From: Chrysomallon squamiferum
Lineage: Eukaryota; Animalia; Mollusca
Assembly (NCBI GenBank): GCA_012295275.1
Contig: CM022677.1
Span: 25,048,001-25,112,000 of the forward strand
Reading direction: 5' to 3'
Length of the DNA: 64,000 nucleotides
The notes beneath the pieces were generated by a model. That model had not been told where the DNA came from. It worked only from the letters and a program-made list of their open reading frames with translations, and searched no databases. The translations under genes and the position numbers were made by a program. Below are positions 57,182 through 64,000 of the stretch, one piece after another (positions within the stretch are counted from its first letter, which is position 1; each line of letters starts with the position of its first letter).

Positions 57182-57998
57182 CTATAAAAGAGTGAACACT
57201 GTTGTTATATTAAAATTAAATTAAAATTACTTGCCCGTTGATATGAGCTAAACTGACAATATCATTAATTATATTAGACTTAAAATAACTGTGATACTGT
57301 TATTAACTTAATTACCATTACACTATCATTACCTTGAAAATGTTATTAATTAAATTATCATTACATTGACAATGCCATTACATTATCATCACCTTGAAGA
57401 CGTTATTAATTAAACTACCATTATATTGAAAATGCCATGAAATTACCATTACCTTGAGAACGTTATTAATTAAATTATCATTACATTGACAATGCCATTT
57501 AATTACCATTACCTTGAAAATGTTACTAATCAAATTACCATTTATTTCCACCATGCAATTGCATTACTATTACTTTGAAAATGCTACTATTTGAATTACC
57601 TTTACCTTGAAAATGTTATTAAGTAAACTACTATTACACTGACAATGCCATTTAATTACAATTACCTTGAAAATGTTGCTAAGCAAATTACCATTTATTT
57701 CGACCATGCAATTGCATTACTATTACTTTGAAAATGATACTATTTGAATTACTTGGACAATGTTTCATTTTAAATGACTGCTATATTGACAAATAGCCAC
57801 TATTTTTCCAGTACTGTTAATTAAATTATCGTTATTTTGATAATATTATTATTTAATAACCATAACACTTGCACAAAATATGATTACATTACCATTGTTA
57901 TTAAAGCTATTCATTATTTATCATTTTGATTAAGTATGTATTCATTATATAAAAATAATAATAACAACAACAATAATAAACAAGAAGAACAACAACCA

Positions 57999-58033
<35 letters not shown>

Positions 58034-58046
58034 CAACAACCAAATA

Positions 58047-58091
<45 letters not shown>

Positions 58092-58760
58092 CTAATAATA
58101 AAACAAATAAGGTTGCTGTGTGTAATGCAGTACGTTTTTGAAATTATAACCTTATTTCTTTTCTTATTTTGATACTTACCCGGTTCATATGGGGTTATAA
58201 TCACTGCCTTTGTTACATATATCTCTCTAGCTAGAATTGCAAACCATTCAGCAGGTGCATCAAAACCCACGTAGGCACTACAACAACCCAGTTCCAAATT
58301 AGTTGACACGTTGCCATCCATAGCCAGATATGAAGGATTTGTTATAGCATAAAAATTTGGACCGTTTCTTTCACTTTCAAAAGGAATAGTGAGTATCCAG
58401 TTCCGATCTGGGAACAGGATGAGAAAAATAAATAAGTAAATAGAAACAAATCCGATCAAAGGAAAAAAAAATAATATTATAAATAAATAATAATAATTAA
58501 AAAAATATAAAACAAAATTCTTGTTTTCTCACCTTTGTCACCTCCGTACACCTCCACTTCACAGAAATTTAAAATGTTTAAAGGTTCTTCATATGGCTGG
58601 TTCCTACGTACGACGATATAGCGACTCGGAATGAACGGCCACTTACAATTAAACAGAACGGATTCACCTTCAGGTGCAGTCGATACGTATTCATTACAGA
58701 TAATGTTATCTACATAGACTGCGATGTGATGGAACCTGAAACCTACAAAGAAGAAATATT

Positions 58761-58807
<47 letters not shown>

Positions 58808-59362
58808 GACACAAACACACAGACACACACTTATCTAGCACAGATTAAATAAAATAATGATTGTCTTAAAAAGTGAGGTGAAAAGCTAAAATGTTATTTA
58901 CTGTTGCATATTACTACCAAAATTTATACTGTTGAAAAAAGGAAAAAGGTTTCACGGTGTTCAAAAAACCTGTGAGAATCTTTCAAAATGAACCTCTATT
59001 TATGTCTGTCTGTGTATGCAAGTTATCCATCCATATGACATTCTACCTCTATCTGTTATTTTCCTTTTCACTCTTTCAAATGTTTCTTCTCTTCCTGTTC
59101 AGCCTAATCATCATCATTATTATTATTATTACTACTACTACAACTAGTACTATCACTATCATCAACATTATCATCATCATTATTATTATTATTATTATTA
59201 TTACTACTACTACTACTACTACAACAACTATTACCGAATTCGGTGTCTCCATGGTTTACTATAATAACTGTATCCACAAAGATCTTATCTGCCAAATATT
59301 ATTATTATTATTATTTATTATTATTATTCATAATAATAGTAGTACTACTACTACTATCATTG

Positions 59363-59396
<34 letters not shown>

Positions 59397-59416
59397 TATT
59401 ATTATTACTGCTGCTG

Positions 59417-59452
<36 letters not shown>

Positions 59453-62052
59453 TTACCGAACTCGGTGTCTCCACGGTTTACTATAATAACCGCATCCACA
59501 AAGATCTTATCTACCAAATCCACTTTCCAATAAGGAGTAAGATCGTTTAGATCAGAGTGGAAGCAAGAATCTTCCATCAAAACGTAATTTCTGATGCCGT
59601 CAACGGCCTTTTCTGCTGAATAACTTTCGTAAACTGGTGAAGAAGTTGCTGTCTTGCTTATTGCAAAGTTGTCCCGCTTCAGTAGATAGTCAAAATCTAC
59701 ATCAGCTTAGAAGAAAGATTAATAAATAAATAAATAAATAAATAAATAGAAAAACAGAACAAAATACAAAGAAGATTTTGCTTCGTTGATCACACTAAGG
59801 TTTAATTTTCACACAAAAAAAAAAAAACGTCAAAAAGAAAACATACTACATATCATCACAGAATGTATTTGACACATAATCACATAGTGTTTGCTTTCTT
59901 TTCAAATTCTTGGAAATTAATTTATTCATTTTTTTCTTTTGTACTTCTTGTACACACACCCTCTGATCTTCATTTCATAGATACTATTTCCTAGATTCTA
60001 AGATTAATTTGTTTTCAGTTAATTATTATAATTATTATTATTATTTTTTTTTTTTTCGGTCTGTGGCATACAAACACTATTTAGAGCATGGTGTGATGAT
60101 ATATCACAGTCGCATCTACCTATATAAGTTGTGGACTGTGTAACGGACCGTGGACTCTATCACAAGTATCTTTCATATGTACTCTGTCACAAGTGTCTTT
60201 CATGTATACTCTGTTAAATCTGTCTTTCTTTCATACTCTCTCACATGTGTATCTTTCATGAGTACTCTGTCACCTGTCTCTTACATTATACTAAGAGCTT
60301 TGCAACGATGAACCAACGTATTCCGAGGGACACTGTAATTATATTCACCTACTTTAACCCCGAAAACTCTCACACGAGTAAGTGTAAGAGCGGCCATGTC
60401 CTCCACAGGTCCATATTTTCTAACCCGAACACCCAGAGCAATAGCTGGATTTAAGCATTTGAAGAGCAGTTTAGCACCAAGCGGAACGTCAGGTACATGT
60501 TTAATGCACAAAATGGTGTTGTCAGCGCCTACATTTTCGGTCAAAAGATCAATGGTAAAATTACGAAGTGGTCCACCTGTGAATACGGTAAAAATACCAT
60601 TATCAGCTGCTTTTTTTCTTATTGTAATTTTAATGAACGCCAGCATTTCTGTTTCTTAACCGTTCGTCACATAAATCCATTTTTGTGTGATAACATTTAT
60701 ATGGATGAATATTGTTTGGCAGCAGTAATAGCAGTAACAGCAGCAGTGGTAATGAGAAGGATGATGTTGATGATGATGATGATAATGATGATGATGCTGA
60801 TGACAGTGGTGATGATAATGATGATGATGCTGATGACAGTGGTGATGATTTACATGTCTATAAATGGAATTTAATAGCTGCCAAAAATTATTGTAATACA
60901 CTAATTCCACCACTTTCTTGGTCAGCTGGTAATGCTGCTGCTGATATCCCTACAACTATTAGTACTGCTGTTACTGCTGCTACTGCTTCTACTACTACTA
61001 CTAGTACCACCACTACTACTACCACAATTTAGCCATATATGTATAAACGACTCCCTAAGTAAGTGTAGCTGATTTCAAAAATGCTGATGACAATGGTGAT
61101 GATTTATAAGTATTACTTTCTAGATTACCTAGCACTGCTGCTATTGATACTACTACTACTAGTACCACCACTACTACTAGTAGTACTACTGCGGTTTCTG
61201 CTATTATCACAACTAGTACTTCCACTGCTATTAGCAGTACTACTGATGTTGTTGCTGCTATTACTAGTACTACTACTATTACTACTACTACTACTACTAC
61301 TACTACTACAACTGCCACAATTTATCCATATATGTATATATAAAAAAAAAACTCTGATCCGAGGGTACCTACCGCAGCATTTATATCGGTTGGTTATTTC
61401 GACAGACTCGACGTAAACGCCTTGAAAGAAGAACACCGCCCACCAAGGATTAACGTCGTCGTCTTTCGTATGAGTAAATAAACCTTTAGACCAATATACG
61501 GCAACAAAGGAGCCCTGCAAACCTTGATCGCCAACCAACGAAGATTGTGCTGTACCGGTTACTTCATGTGCAAAGTCTTTCCCTACAAATTGACAGCGAA
61601 CAACGGAAGAGGTTAGATATAGATCTATAATAGGTAGATAGACAGGTAGGTAGGTTGGTAGATAGATAGGTAGACTGACAGATATATAGGTAGACTGATT
61701 GTAAGATAGTGGTATAGATAGGTAAGTAGGTAGAGAGAATATATACACAGGTAGATGGGTAAGAAGGTAGGTAGATAGATAAGTAGTTAGGTAGATATAT
61801 AGATAGGTGGATAATTAAGTAGGGAGATATATAGCTAGATAAAGAGAAGACAGATTAAATTATATAGATGTAGGTATTTCAGTCCCAGACAAGCGGAAAT
61901 ACAGACAGAAAGAAATTAGTTACATACATATTATATATAGACACAGACAGAAAGAAATTAGTTACATACATATTATATATAGACACAGACAGACATACAG
62001 GTATAGATACATCTAGAAAGGTACGTGACGTACGTAGGCATCTATGAACATA

Positions 62053-62147
<95 letters not shown>

Positions 62148-62561
62148 TTTTCTTTTTTATCGTAGGTTTTCTTTTTTATCATAGGTATTGTTTTTATTAT
62201 TATTATTTTTTGCACATATGTGTAACAATAATTAAAATAATATATGTATGTATGCTGAGTGATGGACTGCTTTATGTCGAAGCCTGAATTTGAGTACACA
62301 GACATTTAGTTCAACGTAAATAAATTGTATTTATCATACTTTCAAAGGGCTTCCATCCAAAAACTTTCACTTCACAGAGAACAAAGTGATGTTCTCCTGT
62401 GGTTAACTCTTGAGAAATCTTAACGAGTTGACCGACTAAGAGCCTAGAACATATAAAACTCTTTGCAATTCCTCCTGGTAAAGGTGTTTTCTGGTGAGCA
62501 CAGACTCCTACCAGCTTGTTATCTTTTAGCACTTCAATTTTTGTATTAACAAGATTATTAC
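56970..62561 (-). CDS. Gene E: F-type lectin multi-domain protein, 5'-incomplete (domain 1 C-half through domain 4, ~519 aa visible)
   Basis: Join: 62561-62340, 61582-61373, 60576-60349, 59705-59457, 58742-58533, 58407-58180, 57181-56970. All GT-AG, phase 1. The leader and domain-1 N-half exons were not found before the window end. Confidence 0.85.
57290..57765. repeat. Degenerate 60-bp (2x30) tandem repeat in a gene E intron
   Basis: accttga at 57331, 57391, 57451, 57511. Confidence 0.8.
58180..58407 (-). CDS. Gene E exon, domain 4 N-half
   Basis: RNWILTIPF..NGPNF..NPSYLAMDGNVS; donor GTAAGT; 228 nt. Confidence 0.88.
58533..58742 (-). CDS. Gene E exon, domain 3 C-half
   Basis: GFRFHHIAVYVD..LNFCEVEVYG; donor GTGAGA; 210 nt. 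Confidence 0.88.
59457..59705 (-). CDS. Gene E exon, domain 3 N-half
   Basis: RDNFAISK..KAVDG..SCFHSD..PYWKVDL..VNRGDTEF; 249 nt. Confidence 0.88.
60349..60576 (-). CDS. Gene E exon, domain 2 C-half
   Basis: GGPLRNFTIDL..VRVRKYGP..LTLTRVRVFGVKV; 228 nt. Confidence 0.85.
61373..61582 (-). CDS. Gene E exon, domain 2 N-half
   Basis: KDFAHE..AQSS..FTHTK..NPWWAV..TNRYKCC; donor GTAGGT; 210 nt. Confidence 0.85.
62340..62561 (-). CDS. Gene E exon, domain 1 C-half
   Basis: GNNLVNTKIEVL..GVCA..FVLCEVKVFGW; 222 nt. Confidence 0.88.
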
Positions 62562-62751
62562 CTAGAAATAGAATGCAATAATCTAAATGAAACATAAGAA
62601 AGAAGAAAACAAAGAAAAAATAAGTGTGTTTGTAAATAAATATATCATTCTCTGGCTCTTTATATATCTATCTTTCTATCTATCTATCTGTCTACATGTC
62701 TGTCTCTTTTACCAATTCTTCCATGCACCCATCCATCAGTCAGTTGGTCAG

Positions 62752-62806
<55 letters not shown>

Positions 62807-62923
62807 ATCTATCTGTCTGTCTGTCTGTCTGTGTATCTACCTACCTACCTGGCTGTCTCTCTGTCTGACTGTCTGTCAATATATCTATCTATCTATCCAT
62901 CTATCCATCTATCTATCCATCTG

Positions 62924-62955
<32 letters not shown>

Positions 62956-64000
62956 CCTACCTACCTACCTACATACATACCTACCTGTCTATCTACGAAT
63001 ATATCTAACCTATTAATCAATCAGTCAGTCAATCAATGAATGAATCAATCAATTAATCAGTCAATCAATCATTCAGTCGCTACCTCTATCTGTCCGCATA
63101 TTTTCTACCTATCTGACCAATATTAAGAAGCCATATTTATGACCATTACCTAGAATGTGTTCATTATTGTATTAAAATTGTAACTACGACCACGAAAAGT
63201 TAATTAATTTAAAACGGAATATAATTACAATTAGTTTTGCAGTATTTGGAGAAGGGGAAGCACGACTACACGTGTCTGTGACGTAGGCGTACGTCAGCCA
63301 TCAAGACGAAGAGTATATGTATATCTGCTGCATGTAAGCATTTGTGCGTGTGTGGTGCCTGCGTTTGTGTGTGTGTTTGTGCGTGTGTGTGTGTGTTTCT
63401 TGTATTTGTGAGTTTTTCAGCCTGTATGTATATATGTCCGACAGACGTACCATGGAACCTTGTTTTGGTGTCGAAAGTTGTTTGTTTTGTTCGTGTTAGT
63501 AACTTATGTTAAGAGGAAACATATAACAAAACTGCCGGGTGACATCATCTGACACTACAGCAATTTGTGCTAGGAGGTTAAATCCAGGATGGCGCCGTCA
63601 CAGAATTTATATCCATCATATCTTCGCAACCAGATCAGATAGAAACACGAATGAAAGGTTGTTTTATATAAAATGCAATAAAGGTTTAAGTTAATGCCTC
63701 TTGAAAACATGCATTTTCTGCAACAAATAAAATAGGGAATGGCCATCGTTATTTTTTGCATTCTGTTGGGAACAAATCATACATGCATTCAATTCTTTAT
63801 GACAGAAAACATATAAAATGACTTTACATTTATGTTTCTGTGTTATCTTGTAATCCTAATATATTTTTTCGAATTTCATGGCGGCCATCTTAGATATATT
63901 CATTTTTAGAGTAATCGAGTTATTAGCCATAACCGAAAATGGTAATATATATAGTGTATTAAAAAGAAATAAAAAGGCAACAGGACTTTAATTTGACATA

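Noticed and set aside
63450-63761. Short ORF and donor-like site as a candidate gene E leader
   Set aside because: No hydrophobic signal peptide or lectin motif, and no phase-1-compatible exon without stops.

Overview
AT-rich, microsatellite-dense eukaryotic (metazoan, probably invertebrate/mollusc-like) genomic DNA. Almost all ORF-track entries are simple-repeat artefacts. The real content is a cluster of five paralogous multi-exon genes, which I spliced by hand from GT-AG sites: A (3697-12718, -), B (15784-28265, -), C (31525-42327, +), D (43717-53441, -) and E (56970-62561, -, 5'-incomplete). A-D each encode a ~614-643 aa secreted protein made of a signal peptide plus four tandem F-type lectin (fucolectin) domains; E matches this layout from the C-half of domain 1 onward. 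Each domain is split into N-half and C-half exons, and every intron is phase 1. The intra-domain intron falls inside the fucose-binding loop, so half-domains could be spliced or recombined in frame, resembling oyster sperm bindin. Only domain 3 keeps the His/Arg/Arg fucose triad. Other features: an inverted orphan copy of a gene C exon, a lost intron in gene B, duplicated splice junctions, satellites that start exactly at splice or stop sites, a cluster of CRE palindromes between the head-to-head genes B and C, and a long inverted repeat at the window start.
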